Source: a virus. Taken from it: a stretch of DNA of 64,000 bases. Position 1 is the stretch's first letter; every line of letters begins with the position of its first letter. Below are positions 19,175 through 29,165 of the stretch, piece after piece. The notes below the pieces were generated by a model that worked only from the letters and a program-made list of their open reading frames with translations, did no database searches and had not been told where the DNA came from. The translations under genes were made by a program, and so were the position numbers. The stretch spans positions 1 through 64,000 of IMG/VR virus record IMGVR_UViG_3300033145_001136. The stretch is one strand, 5' to 3'.

Positions 19175-21086
19175 CCAGTTTCTCTATATTCTTCTTCGCA
19201 ATAGCGAATATGCCAGAATCAATACCACCAATTAGTTCAGCCTCTGATAAAACCTGACTAAACCGTCGTGCCCGCTGTGTCAATGATTCCTGCTGTACCG
19301 ATTCCTTTAGGGGCTTTTTGCCCGTCCCTGTTTCCGCAGTAGCCATTGCCAATTCTGCCTCAGTTCTACGCATTGATATTTCTGAACCAAGCTGTAGCAA
19401 CGGATCAACATCCTGCATGGTCGCAGGGGCTCTAGGTAACGAACGTAAATGCTGCCCGGAAGGCACAGAACCGGAAGCGGAAAGTCCAGATAACGCCACC
19501 TGCGACTTCATGAGCTGCGCAAGTTCTACACCCTGCTCCTGCTCTATAAGCCTTGTCTCAGTGTTGTGATCCTGTCCAAGTATTGTCCTACCAGTCTGCT
19601 TCGAAGTCATCCGCGTCTCTACTAGTTGTGTAACCGCAGTAACCAATTCTGTAAATGACTCATCGTCAAGCCGTGGGAACTTAATCTGTAACATATTAAA
19701 TATATTTCGTTGCGTTGGTACTGGGTTACCTTCTTTATCATATATCATAACCTCCCACATTAGTGGAATATCGCGATAAGCTAGCGCCGCATATAATGGT
19801 ACTCTCATCATTCCCCTGTATCCGTACTGCCATAGATCCTGCCACGCTTCCATCATCTTAATAAAAGAGAATTTGGTAGCCTTTGCAGATGAGAAATTGC
19901 CATGCTCAATATTACCAGTTACCATAAATTCTGGTAAATCTGTGCCAGCAGTAGTTTGCAAATTAACTGCTCTAAGATCTGCTTCTGCATCGCCTGCATT
20001 GATTTGTGGAGTCGGATAACTAATTGTTACCGCACTTGAATGAACCTTAACTGTGCCTGGTCTTGGCTGATTTCTGTATTTTTGGGCCTCTGCTAGTACT
20101 TCATCTTTATCTCCCTCCACTGAAACATCCATCACATATGCCGTACGTGCCTTGTTCAATGTGACACGATTCTGCAGAAGCTGCTTATATTGTTTCATCC
20201 AGTATAATACTGAATGTAATGTGGGCATACCTCTACGCCTACGCGCCGCAGTTGGGGCTTTGAAATGGAATATGAATGATACCCACTCATTATTTGGAGC
20301 CAGTGATCCTTCTAGCCATGTTTCATCAAAATTCTTAACAGATGCGATTGCTACCTCTAGCATACGCTGATTTATCATCCCTCTGTCTGTAATAACATCT
20401 ACGCTGGGAATTAATTCGGTGCGCTCATCCCCGGAGTGTGCAACGGTATCACCATCCTGCTGTATTTTCGGTTTCCATTTTCTCTTATATAATACCACCG
20501 AGTCCTCATCACCGGGGAGAGTGATAAATCCCTTAATTTCTTCTGGGATGACCGATCGAATAGTAACATCCCCATTAATCGTATTTATCCAAAACCGCCA
20601 AAAATTTTCACCATCTAACTGAAACTGATTTGCGGACTCGACCAGGAATATTGGTAGCTTGTTATCCCATCGATCCCAAAATCTTTCTGCAACATCCTGG
20701 ATTAGAATCTCGTCTGACTTTGGCCGTACGCCTCTACCAGTCACGAATTTCGTATACGTAGACACAACTCGCTTTGCTTGCGGATTAAATCTCCATGCCT
20801 GCCACGAACCTCGCACTATTTTAAAATGATCGACATCAGATATTTGTCGCCCGGTTACAATTGCACTACCCGATGCATCTGACCATCCAACGTCCTCCAT
20901 GGACATTGATTGCAAATGCGATTCTGCAGACTCCCTGAGTAAGACTTCTCGATCATATGCTATTTCCTTAAGCAACATAAGCTGATCATTCAGTCTTTGC
21001 ATTTCCACAGATTTGCTTTCCTGCAATTCATCTAGTTCTGCCTTACGTACTAATCCGACTCTTTCCAGAATGTTCATTTTCGTCAC
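19167..21086 (-). CDS. Portal protein
   Basis: 639 aa directly after TerL. Motifs NPQAKRVV...FVTGRG, QLDGENF, RRRGMPTL, AGTDLPEFMVTG...NFSSA and IKFP. The start is probably ATG 21077 after an AGGTGA RBS. Confidence 0.85.
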   Translation of the reverse strand: MTKMNILERVGLVRKAELDELQESKSVEMQRLNDQLMLLKEIAYDREVLLRESAESHLQSMSMEDVGWSDASGSAIVTGRQISDVDHFKIVRGSWQAWRFNPQAKRVVSTYTKFVTGRGVRPKSDEILIQDVAERFWDRWDNKLPIFLVESANQFQLDGENFWRFWINTINGDVTIRSVIPEEIKGFITLPGDEDSVVLYKRKWKPKIQQDGDTVAHSGDERTELIPSVDVITDRGMINQRMLEVAIASVKNFDETWLEGSLAPNNEWVSFIFHFKAPTAARRRRGMPTLHSVLYWMKQYKQLLQNRVTLNKARTAYVMDVSVEGDKDEVLAEAQKYRNQPRPGTVKVHSSAVTISYPTPQINAGDAEADLRAVNLQTTAGTDLPEFMVTGNIEHGNFSSAKATKFSFIKMMEAWQDLWQYGYRGMMRVPLYAALAYRDIPLMWEVMIYDKEGNPVPTQRNIFNMLQIKFPRLDDESFTELVTAVTQLVETRMTSKQTGRTILGQDHNTETRLIEQEQGVELAQLMKSQVALSGLSASGSVPSGQHLRSLPRAPATMQDVDPLLQLGSEISMRRTEAELAMATAETGTGKKPLKESVQQESLTQRARRFSQVLSEAELIGGIDSGIFAIAKKNIEKLDA

Positions 21087-21090
21087 CTAT

Positions 21091-21249
21091 TTAAGGTTTA
21101 TAGCGATTATTCCTGACCTCTTCGCTGAAACGCGAAAGCGATCGACACTTTTTATTGCAATATAGCTTTTGGTCAAAGTGATAGTTGCTGAAGCAATCTT
21201 CTCGTTTTATTTCAGCTCCACAATATTTACACTGCTTAACAGAAACCAT
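21091..21249 (-). CDS. Small zinc-finger protein (52 aa)
   Basis: Below the ORF-track cutoff: MVSVKQCKYCGAEIKREDCFSNYHFDQKLYCNKKCRSLSRFSEEVRNNRYKP*. Its ATG overlaps the terL stop (TAATG) and it fills the terL-portal gap. Confidence 0.7.
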   Translation of the reverse strand: MVSVKQCKYCGAEIKREDCFSNYHFDQKLYCNKKCRSLSRFSEEVRNNRYKP

Positions 21250-22991
21250 TAGTATCCGCCATCTTCTTCCATATCATAATGCCCATGCCACGCAGGTGTA
21301 GTCAATTCGTCTTCTCCACCATATGTAGATATATCATCGTGTTCCCCACCATACCCACCATCTTCTGGTACAACATCATGGTCCATTCCACCTGGATCAT
21401 CCGCTGTATATGGTCGTACAACAGCTATGTCATCTGCAAACCCACATATGAAAGCATCGAATGGATGATCTGTTTTTGTCTTAACCACTTTCTTAGACTT
21501 CGGATCTCTACGAGACGACTTTATTGCTTTGATAAGTTTCTTATATTTAAGATCTACTCTAATTGCTCGTTTTTCTAACTGATTGATTACCGCAGAAATA
21601 CAAATCTCTTTTTCTTGCCCAAAATCCACTGTACGTACATCAAACCCCAGCTTTTCTAACCGCGCATTCTCAAACGGGTGTGACGAATCAGCATATATCT
21701 TATTAGTACCGTATTCGAGCTTAGCAGCTTTGAGATATGTGTATATACCCTCTACTTCTTCTGTGAAATATTTTGTAGCAATAACTTCATGTAATCCATT
21801 ATCCCAGATTTGCCATACTTGTATCGCGGTCTCACCAGAAAAACCCCAGTCAACTTGGAATCTACGTTTTGTTTTGTGTGTGATCTCTGGTTGTACCATA
21901 CCTATGACATCTGTAATAGCTTCCTCTAATAGTGCTGTATCAAATGTCCTGGACTCTCCACCAGGACGTAATCCCATAATCTCAACTTCAAACCAAGATT
22001 CTGGCTTGTTTTCATAATACCATTTGATACGAGAAATCTTTAACCAACCACCATCACAATCTCGAGCTTTACGTCTGATACGCGATCGACAGTCTACACA
22101 ATATATAGCATGTGCATCTGAATCTGCTTTTATTGGAAATTGATTCGCTGGATACTCCTTATCAATCCCATATTTGTCTTTACATTTACAACTCCAACCA
22201 CAATATTTTTCTGTAAATTTTTTATAACAATCTTCGCATTTGTCCGTACATGGCTCGCACACATCAAATGCATCCCATTGCACCTTCATGTATTCAAATT
22301 TTACTTCTTCAGCTTCGTTATCCCATAATTCCTGAAATGGTCCAGAAACCTGGTTGAATGTCGACAACAACATTGATACCATTACACCCGCAGTATCTAT
22401 CATTGGTAAGGCCGCAAACATAACATCCTCGTCTACCAGCGCAGCCTCATCTATTACTATAACACCAACCGCCTTGCGTTCACCACCAGGGTGAGGCCCA
22501 CGCACCTGTTTCTCTGAGCACGCTACCGATGTAATATATGGTGTAGGTGGCTTGCCTTTCTTACACGTATATGACATTAGTGATCGGTCAACTTCACGCT
22601 CTACCGCTTCGTCATTATATATGTATGCTCTTAAATATTGATACACGATCTTTGCTTGCTCTTCCGACCCCCCACTATTAATTGTATCTGCATCTAGAAA
22701 ATACCAAAAAGAAAATTCTATGCAAGAAGTCAATTTGGATTTGCCACCACCACGCGGCGCTGTCATCATTATGTGGGTGTCAATCCCGGCTTTGACCCTA
22801 TCATATATGTATATAAATATTTGTCTTAATTTAGGCGGAAAATGCGTATCATGTCTTTTAGCAAAATAGGCTATTGGATCATTATAGTAAGCCACTTTTA
22901 CATCGTGTGCTGGTAATATTTCTCTAGCTAATGCATCAGCATCAAGAATTAGTTCAGAATTCTCTTCGTCCCAACTATTGTTTGATCTCAT
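21249..22991 (-). CDS. terL: Terminase large subunit
   Basis: Walker A APRGGGKS, QAKIVY, Walker B VIVIDEAA, coupling motif LST, and nuclease motifs VDWG, YADSS and DHPFDA. Confidence 0.92.
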   Translation of the reverse strand: MRSNNSWDEENSELILDADALAREILPAHDVKVAYYNDPIAYFAKRHDTHFPPKLRQIFIYIYDRVKAGIDTHIMMTAPRGGGKSKLTSCIEFSFWYFLDADTINSGGSEEQAKIVYQYLRAYIYNDEAVEREVDRSLMSYTCKKGKPPTPYITSVACSEKQVRGPHPGGERKAVGVIVIDEAALVDEDVMFAALPMIDTAGVMVSMLLSTFNQVSGPFQELWDNEAEEVKFEYMKVQWDAFDVCEPCTDKCEDCYKKFTEKYCGWSCKCKDKYGIDKEYPANQFPIKADSDAHAIYCVDCRSRIRRKARDCDGGWLKISRIKWYYENKPESWFEVEIMGLRPGGESRTFDTALLEEAITDVIGMVQPEITHKTKRRFQVDWGFSGETAIQVWQIWDNGLHEVIATKYFTEEVEGIYTYLKAAKLEYGTNKIYADSSHPFENARLEKLGFDVRTVDFGQEKEICISAVINQLEKRAIRVDLKYKKLIKAIKSSRRDPKSKKVVKTKTDHPFDAFICGFADDIAVVRPYTADDPGGMDHDVVPEDGGYGGEHDDISTYGGEDELTTPAWHGHYDMEEDGGY

Positions 22992-23625
22992 AATCAGCGT
23001 CTTCTACGTCCACGTTAAACCCCTTATCGAACTCCCCACGCTCAATCAATATCGCAAATTTCTTTGAACAACGGGGGCATTCTCTAATTATGTCAGCAAT
23101 CGCTGCTATAACATTTTGTTGTGCCTGTTCGGCCTGTTTAACCTTTTGGACAATTTCAATAGTTTTTGTATCAAGTTTCTGTAATTTAGCGATTTGCATA
23201 GTGTTGTCTTGGATTTGCCCCAATATTTTAGCCCTCAGCGCAGTCCCGCCTTTTTGATCATTTAAATCATCGAATTCTGTCCACAATTGTGCACTTATGC
23301 GAACCAATTCATCTATTCTGGCATGTAAATGTTCTAAACTTTTGTCCAAATAATATGGATCTCTTTTAACCCTAGCCTGCAACGCAACCTGATTCGTCCG
23401 TAAATCACTAATTACATCACTAATATTACAATCGCTGAAATCATGTTCTTCATATTCATGAAGTAATTTTAATATTTGGGGAGCAGACTTTCTTTCTAAT
23501 GTCCATTTATATACTAAATCCCGACGATAGTCTAATTCTCCTTGATTTTCAATATATTCTGTAACTTCATTTAGATCTTCATCACGTGTATTAACAGGTA
23601 GATTATCGGACATATTATTCTCCAT
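22975..23625 (-). CDS. Probable terminase small subunit
   Basis: N-terminal HTH-like segment (RRDLVYKW...SAPQILKLL...DVISDL) followed by a coiled coil. It overlaps the terL start. Confidence 0.6.
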   Translation of the reverse strand: MENNMSDNLPVNTRDEDLNEVTEYIENQGELDYRRDLVYKWTLERKSAPQILKLLHEYEEHDFSDCNISDVISDLRTNQVALQARVKRDPYYLDKSLEHLHARIDELVRISAQLWTEFDDLNDQKGGTALRAKILGQIQDNTMQIAKLQKLDTKTIEIVQKVKQAEQAQQNVIAAIADIIRECPRCSKKFAILIERGEFDKGFNVDVEDADYEIKQ

Positions 23626-23687
23626 ATATTTTGATAATACATCATTAGCTTTAAAGAGGTATCGAACGTGGAAAATGTTTAAAATAA

Positions 23688-23900
23688 TTAATCGTCAATA
23701 ATAACTACGTATTGTAGTAGATTTGTCCACCACACAGCCACGGAAAGTGCCGTATCCTTAGTTTGCCAAGCTGTATTATCGTTATCATCTGTTAATCTAA
23801 TTATCCTATCATATGCTACTAGCCGCACTATCCATATACCAGCCCACTGAGTGTGTCTTGCTACGTGGATATAGCGTTGCTCTCCTGTAATTTCGCACAC
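23688..23900 (-). CDS. Hypothetical protein
   Basis: 70-aa ORF that fills the gap on the coding strand. Confidence 0.45.
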   Translation of the reverse strand: MCEITGEQRYIHVARHTQWAGIWIVRLVAYDRIIRLTDDNDNTAWQTKDTALSVAVWWTNLLQYVVIIDD

Positions 23901-24724
23901 GATTCTATGTCCTTATCTTTCTTCCTTGCCTTTAGAGTACCATCTTCATTTAACCAAGGACGCTGGTACTCTATGTAAATCTCATTATAGTGGTCCGTTC
24001 TACACTTTTTAGAATGGTAAACCTGATTACCATATGAGGGAACAAATAATATATTACATAGAGGATTCTTACAATTTATTGCTTGTTGTACCTTTTTCGG
24101 TTTCTGTGCCTGTTTCTTACGGTACCTACGTAATTTTGCAGCAGCCCACCTACATCGATCATTACAATATTTACGAGTGCTGGTTGGGTTCGCCACCCTA
24201 AATTCGACCTCACAAAATTCATGTGCGCATTTTCTATATGCTGGATAGGATTGATCAAGGATGTATCTACGTAATTTGTTTACCCCGGCTATAACACTGG
24301 CTCGTACCGCCGTCCAGTGAACGTGCCCAATGTCATTACCATCATCATCGAATTTTCTCATTAATTTAGCGATTTTAGAAAATGGCAGACCATCAACATA
24401 TTTAAGATGTAAACATACGCGCTGTCGTTCCGTAAGATAATCGTCACTCTCGAGTAATTCACATAGTGCCTGTTTATATGCCTCTGGCATATACTTAAGA
24501 TCTTTAACCCATTCAGAATTATTAATCGCATGCGCCATAATGTATTCAATTTTATGTTCTGGGTATGGTACTTCTGCAAATTCTGGCTCAGCGTTGTGTA
24601 AACTCGAAAGAAGTTCCTCGACCTCTTCACACACATTACCAGTAACTTCACATTCCTTAAGCCCGGTCTTTTCATCTATGCGTAAGCAATTTTCGCAATT
24701 TATAGACTCTTCTTCTTTAGGCAT
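23861..24724 (-). CDS. Sigma-70 region 4-like HTH regulator with Cys-rich zinc-finger repeats
   Basis: LTERQRVCLHLKYVDGLPFSKIAKLM...TAVRASVIAGVNKLRRY is sigma region 4-like. It is followed by CAHEFC...KYCNDRC and CKNPLC...YHSKKC. Confidence 0.7.
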   Translation of the reverse strand: MPKEEESINCENCLRIDEKTGLKECEVTGNVCEEVEELLSSLHNAEPEFAEVPYPEHKIEYIMAHAINNSEWVKDLKYMPEAYKQALCELLESDDYLTERQRVCLHLKYVDGLPFSKIAKLMRKFDDDGNDIGHVHWTAVRASVIAGVNKLRRYILDQSYPAYRKCAHEFCEVEFRVANPTSTRKYCNDRCRWAAAKLRRYRKKQAQKPKKVQQAINCKNPLCNILFVPSYGNQVYHSKKCRTDHYNEIYIEYQRPWLNEDGTLKARKKDKDIESCAKLQESNAIST

Positions 24725-24904
24725 TGTCCAACTCCATTGTCTTTCTAGCTATCCCGCAATTGTGCTATTGGCATGCATAAACCCTCATATAATAATTTAT
24801 TAGCATTAATGTTTCGTATCTTATAGTTATATCGACATTAAATATGTGGAGAATAAATATTAATACATGTATGTGGAGGACCTGTGTAAATACACATATA
24901 CATC

Positions 24905-24934
24905 GCCCCGATCTAACGTATGCTAGATCGGGGC
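24905..24934 (-). terminator. GC-rich stem-loop, possible terminator or processing site
   Basis: GCCCCGATCTA-N8-TAGATCGGGGC is a perfect 11-bp inverted repeat 28 nt after the stop at 24962. The U-tract is weak. Confidence 0.5.
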
Positions 24935-24961
24935 TTCCGAACAACGGCTTATTAGGTAGGC

Positions 24962-25378
24962 CTAGGTCCCAATGCCGAACGGCAGGCGGAAAGATGCAGC
25001 GATAGCTGGAAGATCCAGGTTAGTTAGGGAATCGGCTGTAGGTGTTTTGGTCTTGAAGGCATTGTTAAGGGACTGAACAGCGGCTGAAATTCCAACCATG
25101 AAAAGTCTCTTATCAAATGGTTCCAGCCAAAACGGGAATTTGATCATATCATCAAGCACCTCGGCTGCGTACTCAATACGATCTTTCTTATCAATCCCCC
25201 CTATTTCAGACCATACATATTCTACCACCGCAGCAACTTTCTGCAGGATTTCCCATATTACCGCAAATCCGTGCAAAAAGTCCTTAAAACCATCAATCTT
25301 GAGAACATCAGCAATCTGATCCTCTGTTTCCTCATTGATCAATAGTTCCTTAATCTTTTCAATGATCTCTGGATTCAT
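24962..25378 (-). CDS. Hypothetical protein
   Basis: 138 aa with a GGAGGT RBS; helical and amphipathic. Confidence 0.7.
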   Translation of the reverse strand: MNPEIIEKIKELLINEETEDQIADVLKIDGFKDFLHGFAVIWEILQKVAAVVEYVWSEIGGIDKKDRIEYAAEVLDDMIKFPFWLEPFDKRLFMVGISAAVQSLNNAFKTKTPTADSLTNLDLPAIAASFRLPFGIGT

Positions 25379-25553
25379 GTGTAGATACCTCCGATTTATG
25401 CCAGTTTAACATATACCCACATTTATTGCACCTATATGGACTACTACCCAAAATATAAGCTATATATAAGTCTCTAGTAATACTATATTTTGTGCGACAC
25501 CTATTACAATATAGCCACTTCGTAAGAATAATCTTATGCATACTATGTTCCAT
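25359..25553 (-). CDS. Small zinc-ribbon protein
   Basis: CNRC...CNKCG; overlaps both neighbours. Confidence 0.55.
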   Translation of the reverse strand: MEHSMHKIILTKWLYCNRCRTKYSITRDLYIAYILGSSPYRCNKCGYMLNWHKSEVSTHESRDH

Positions 25554-26223
25554 ACTCCATAGGGGCTTCTTTGATAATGAGTGCTAAAAGCATCCGGTGC
25601 TTTGTATTTTCGTCTGCGGTTGAGCGCATGATCTCTTCAACGGACCATCCCAGCACATCAGAACTAACAGCCGTACGAATTAAATACTGCAAATCATCTG
25701 CACTAAGAAACTGTCTCCGCATTGGCTCGTGATAACTCCGCAACTTCGGCATAAAGAGTATCACATTATATTTTGCCATCTGTACCGCTTTGGCAATCAA
25801 TGGGGCAGGATCTTCTTCACGCTCTAGCTCATTCATGATTATGACCGTACCAAATTGCCCAAATGGGGTAGCCGTAACGGGGATCTCTTCAAAAAATTTT
25901 CTTTTCATAATTAGATGTGATTCTGGTATCTGCATAGTCCTCTGATTTCTAATACAATCAAACATAGCTTGCTTTGATCCGTCTATTCCAACCACCTTAT
26001 GTCCTAGAGATGCCAAAAAAAGCGCAAATCTACCATCCTCTATGCCAGTAACCAGGATTGGGGATTCTACTGGGTACGTTTCCCATACATGTCGCTCCAC
26101 ATGCATTAGCGGTGGCATTTCTCCCAGTTTTAATGGATGCGCCTGCCTATGTGCCAGTGCTCTTGGGCGCATATAATATGCGTCGGCTGTCTTTGTTTTA
26201 TATTCTATTTTACCATCTACCAT
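25543..26223 (-). CDS. Class I SAM-dependent methyltransferase-like protein (degenerate motif I)
   Basis: ILVTGIEDGRFALFLASLGHKVVGIDGSKQAM and FGTVIIMNELEREEDP. Confidence 0.6.
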   Translation of the reverse strand: MVDGKIEYKTKTADAYYMRPRALAHRQAHPLKLGEMPPLMHVERHVWETYPVESPILVTGIEDGRFALFLASLGHKVVGIDGSKQAMFDCIRNQRTMQIPESHLIMKRKFFEEIPVTATPFGQFGTVIIMNELEREEDPAPLIAKAVQMAKYNVILFMPKLRSYHEPMRRQFLSADDLQYLIRTAVSSDVLGWSVEEIMRSTADENTKHRMLLALIIKEAPMEYGT

Positions 26224-26935
26224 TTCTTATCTCTTCCACTATGGGATCTATCTCACCATACAAAGTGTCAATCGATATCACATTATCTTCCCATTCCATT
26301 GGCACAAATTGCTGCACATCCTTTGAAAGTATGACCGTGCATATACCCTGTGATGCAGCGGCTAGTGCCTCTTCTCCCCTTCTACCGATCACAATGTCCG
26401 ATTGCTTAATATATGCCCATTCCTGTATATAGTCATATGGCTTAGTCGATTCTATTACCTGTACATATGTTGGTAATGCGCCCGTAGGCATTCCGCGATT
26501 CCCCAATATTATAAAATGCAAATCATCGTTAGTCCGCTTAAGTACGTCAATAAGTACTGCAACCCAGTGTAAGGTTGCACATAACGTCGATATAACAAAA
26601 CATATTACTGGGGTATCGAAATCCGCTTGGATTGATACAGGGACCGGTGTATATAGAATAATTTCTTTAGGGATTTTGTGTTTTGGGCTAGTTATACTGG
26701 GATTTATGTATGATTTATGTTTAGTGGCGCTTGTCAACAACGCAACATCAAATATCTCTAGATAATTTACGGTTAGCCATGGAACAGTACTAAACATCGA
26801 TTTTGCAATGGGGAGGATGTTTGGGGAGGTCTCAAGGTCTAACTCTACATCGTCGTCCTGCTCCGCTATACCGCATAGCTTCGCATACAATATGAAAACG
26901 TCTTCTGCGGTGGCTGGGGTTGAGTAGTATATCAT
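26210..26935 (-). CDS. Degenerate GT-B (GT9-like) glycosyltransferase
   Basis: C-terminal IKQSDIVIGRRGEEALAAASQGICTVIL echoes the GT9 'i..ad.vig.DSG..HlA.a.g..tv.l' pattern. Also HWVAVLIDVL...HFIILG. Confidence 0.4.
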   Translation of the reverse strand: MIYYSTPATAEDVFILYAKLCGIAEQDDDVELDLETSPNILPIAKSMFSTVPWLTVNYLEIFDVALLTSATKHKSYINPSITSPKHKIPKEIILYTPVPVSIQADFDTPVICFVISTLCATLHWVAVLIDVLKRTNDDLHFIILGNRGMPTGALPTYVQVIESTKPYDYIQEWAYIKQSDIVIGRRGEEALAAASQGICTVILSKDVQQFVPMEWEDNVISIDTLYGEIDPIVEEIRNGRW

Positions 26936-27669
26936 ATTGACCGTATCTCCTCCACCCATTCACAGATGTCTGGATGTGGATCCCGAAACGCTCGTATTGC
27001 TAAATCTACGAGTTTTTTGTTATTTGCTAGTTTGTGCATTATTGGGTGGCCTATATACGTACGCCACCTATCAAATACTTTCATACTGTCTGCAGTATCG
27101 GCATAATTAAATGCATCGAAACTAGATCCACCACCCTCACGAGTTACTTTAACATATGGCTTAAAGCAGTCTGGTGTAAGGCCCAAATATTCACCTATTT
27201 GTGCCCTATATGCATGCGACATAACCCACCTATTATATGATATTTGCAGCGTATCTATTGGTAAGTATGCTGTACTAATATATTCTTCGCACAGCTCAAG
27301 ATATATGTTTATCGTTCTCTCCGATAGTCGCCCATTATTCCCTTTCATATTAAGCCAACTAGCTGCCCAATTAAATGGATCACGTACCATGACAATATTT
27401 TTTACCTTATCACCATGCTCTGGAACTCTTTTCTGTATTAAGCCTACCTCATCTGGCCAATCAGCAGGTGTCTCTACACTAGTAACAAGTAATTCAACAT
27501 GTTTAGTTGAATGTAAACTATAACTCATCCTCCGTTGCATAGAATACTCATCACCAAAAGCATTATTAAAGTATTGCCACGATCCACCAGAATGGTCAAG
27601 TATCCAGTGAATAATTGGGTGGTGCCCGGAGCGACCCATCGCCCAAACCCTTATGTCATCAAAGTTCAT
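26932..27669 (-). CDS. Sulfotransferase-like P-loop protein (paralog 1)
   Basis: GRSGHHPIIHWI, VRDPFNWAASW, ISYNRW, GGGSSFD, VFDRW. Confidence 0.6.
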   Translation of the reverse strand: MNFDDIRVWAMGRSGHHPIIHWILDHSGGSWQYFNNAFGDEYSMQRRMSYSLHSTKHVELLVTSVETPADWPDEVGLIQKRVPEHGDKVKNIVMVRDPFNWAASWLNMKGNNGRLSERTINIYLELCEEYISTAYLPIDTLQISYNRWVMSHAYRAQIGEYLGLTPDCFKPYVKVTREGGGSSFDAFNYADTADSMKVFDRWRTYIGHPIMHKLANNKKLVDLAIRAFRDPHPDICEWVEEIRSI

Positions 27670-28393
27670 TAGGTAGCTCCGTTAATTTTTGCATATCCAT
27701 ATTGAAAATCTCTAATGATATTTCTTGCATACGCGAATGCGCAGCAAGTCTTTGCATGTATGGGTGTTCTTTGTATAATTTATATCTATTTAGCACGTCC
27801 ATTTGATCTGCTCTTCCTAAATATCGACGTCCATCGAAGCTAGATCCCTTACCAAATAGCGGCACGCCCATATATTGTTTCCAGCACGATTTTCGCAGCC
27901 CAAGCAACTCTCCTAATTGTACGCGATACGCTTCGCTAGTAAACCAATTATTATAATTAATCGGTATAAAAGGCTCTTCTAGTCTAGTTGTTAATCTTAA
28001 GTATTCTCGCGCATACTCCATATAACCAAACATAAACGTGCAATATACTTCGCCGGTATAGGTTTCCGTGTGAGGCCACCATTTCTTAATTGTACTCGCA
28101 AGCGTATTTAAAGGATCTCTCAGTGTTACTATATTTACACTGTGCATCCCGTCTGTCTTATATGTAAATAATTCTGATGGGAATAGGCTACTTTCAATAT
28201 TAACAAGCGCACCCATTTTTTTGTGCTGTGTTATCGTTATGTATTCTGATTTAACTTTATCTAGCCATTCAGTAGTTTGGGCCAAGCGACGCGTATAGTC
28301 AAGAAGGCCATCGTGATGTGTCCATATCCAGTCATTAACAGCATTGTGCCCCGTACGTGGCGGTGCATATACCCTGTAGTCATTATACTTCAT
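27659..28393 (-). CDS. Sulfotransferase-like P-loop protein (paralog 2)
   Basis: PRTGHNAVNDWI, LRDPLNTLAS, INYNNWF, GKGSSFD, VLNRY. Confidence 0.6.
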   Translation of the reverse strand: MKYNDYRVYAPPRTGHNAVNDWIWTHHDGLLDYTRRLAQTTEWLDKVKSEYITITQHKKMGALVNIESSLFPSELFTYKTDGMHSVNIVTLRDPLNTLASTIKKWWPHTETYTGEVYCTFMFGYMEYAREYLRLTTRLEEPFIPINYNNWFTSEAYRVQLGELLGLRKSCWKQYMGVPLFGKGSSFDGRRYLGRADQMDVLNRYKLYKEHPYMQRLAAHSRMQEISLEIFNMDMQKLTELPNEL

Positions 28394-29165
28394 TTAGCAG
28401 ATCTTTCAGTATTGTTCTACTAATGTCCATATCTACTTCATGAACTTTACCATATGTGAACGCCTCATCAACCACAAGATTGATATCAATCTCTTCATCC
28501 AGCGTAATATCAAGCTCGCCAATCATAATTGGGATGTCCACTCCCATATATTTGGATATGCTCGGTAGCAAGTATCCAAGCGCTTTACCATGCGGCACAC
28601 CGTAAAACCCTGTTAAGGGATATGACAAAGCGTGCAATAAATTGGTACCAGTTACTTCGATCAATTCACCAGCGGCATTGCCCAATTTCACAAGAGCAGA
28701 TGGATTAGCGATATACTTTATATCACCCAAAATATCTATAGCCCGATCCACGATTTCAACTGTGGCATTAATAGACCACATACTGTCAAGGCAATGGCTA
28801 ATAACATCATATAATGAGTACCTAAACATATACATGGGCAAATCCGCAGCAAACTCGTCGACTATTTCCACCTGGCTTGGTTTATATCTTCTCACAGAGC
28901 ACTTACGCGGCCCATCCCAGTAAACAGCCCATGACGTTACTGCAGATCCTGCACCCGTTGTTGGATAGCATTTTATTGGGGTTTTTGATAATATCTTTGC
29001 TGTGTCTATCACCGCACCTCCACCTATTGCCACCACCGATTCATAGAAGCCCAATGCAGAAATGTCCGTTGGCGCGGCTTCTACTACAAAAATATGTTCA
29101 AAATCCGCTTCTAAGAATTTCTTTGTAGACTTAGAACAAACTAACAAAGTATCTACCTTGTCCAC
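28383..29165 (-). CDS. Phosphonoacetaldehyde reductase (Fe-containing alcohol dehydrogenase, PhpC/FomC-like)
   Basis: IGGGAVIDTAK, PTTGAGS.VT, DVISHCLDS and HALSYPLT...VPHG (metal ligands). It is coupled to the ppd genes. Confidence 0.8.
   Translation of the reverse strand: MDKVDTLLVCSKSTKKFLEADFEHIFVVEAAPTDISALGFYESVVAIGGGAVIDTAKILSKTPIKCYPTTGAGSAVTSWAVYWDGPRKCSVRRYKPSQVEIVDEFAADLPMYMFRYSLYDVISHCLDSMWSINATVEIVDRAIDILGDIKYIANPSALVKLGNAAGELIEVTGTNLLHALSYPLTGFYGVPHGKALGYLLPSISKYMGVDIPIMIGELDITLDEEIDINLVVDEAFTYGKVHEVDMDISRTILKDLLNEV

Noticed and set aside
22045-22265. Intein in terL (also looked for in dnaE and the primase-helicase)
   Set aside because: No C...HN splice termini or Hint motifs, and the protein lengths are normal.
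24962-25378. Holin
   Set aside because: The helices are amphipathic with no clear transmembrane segment, and no endolysin is nearby.
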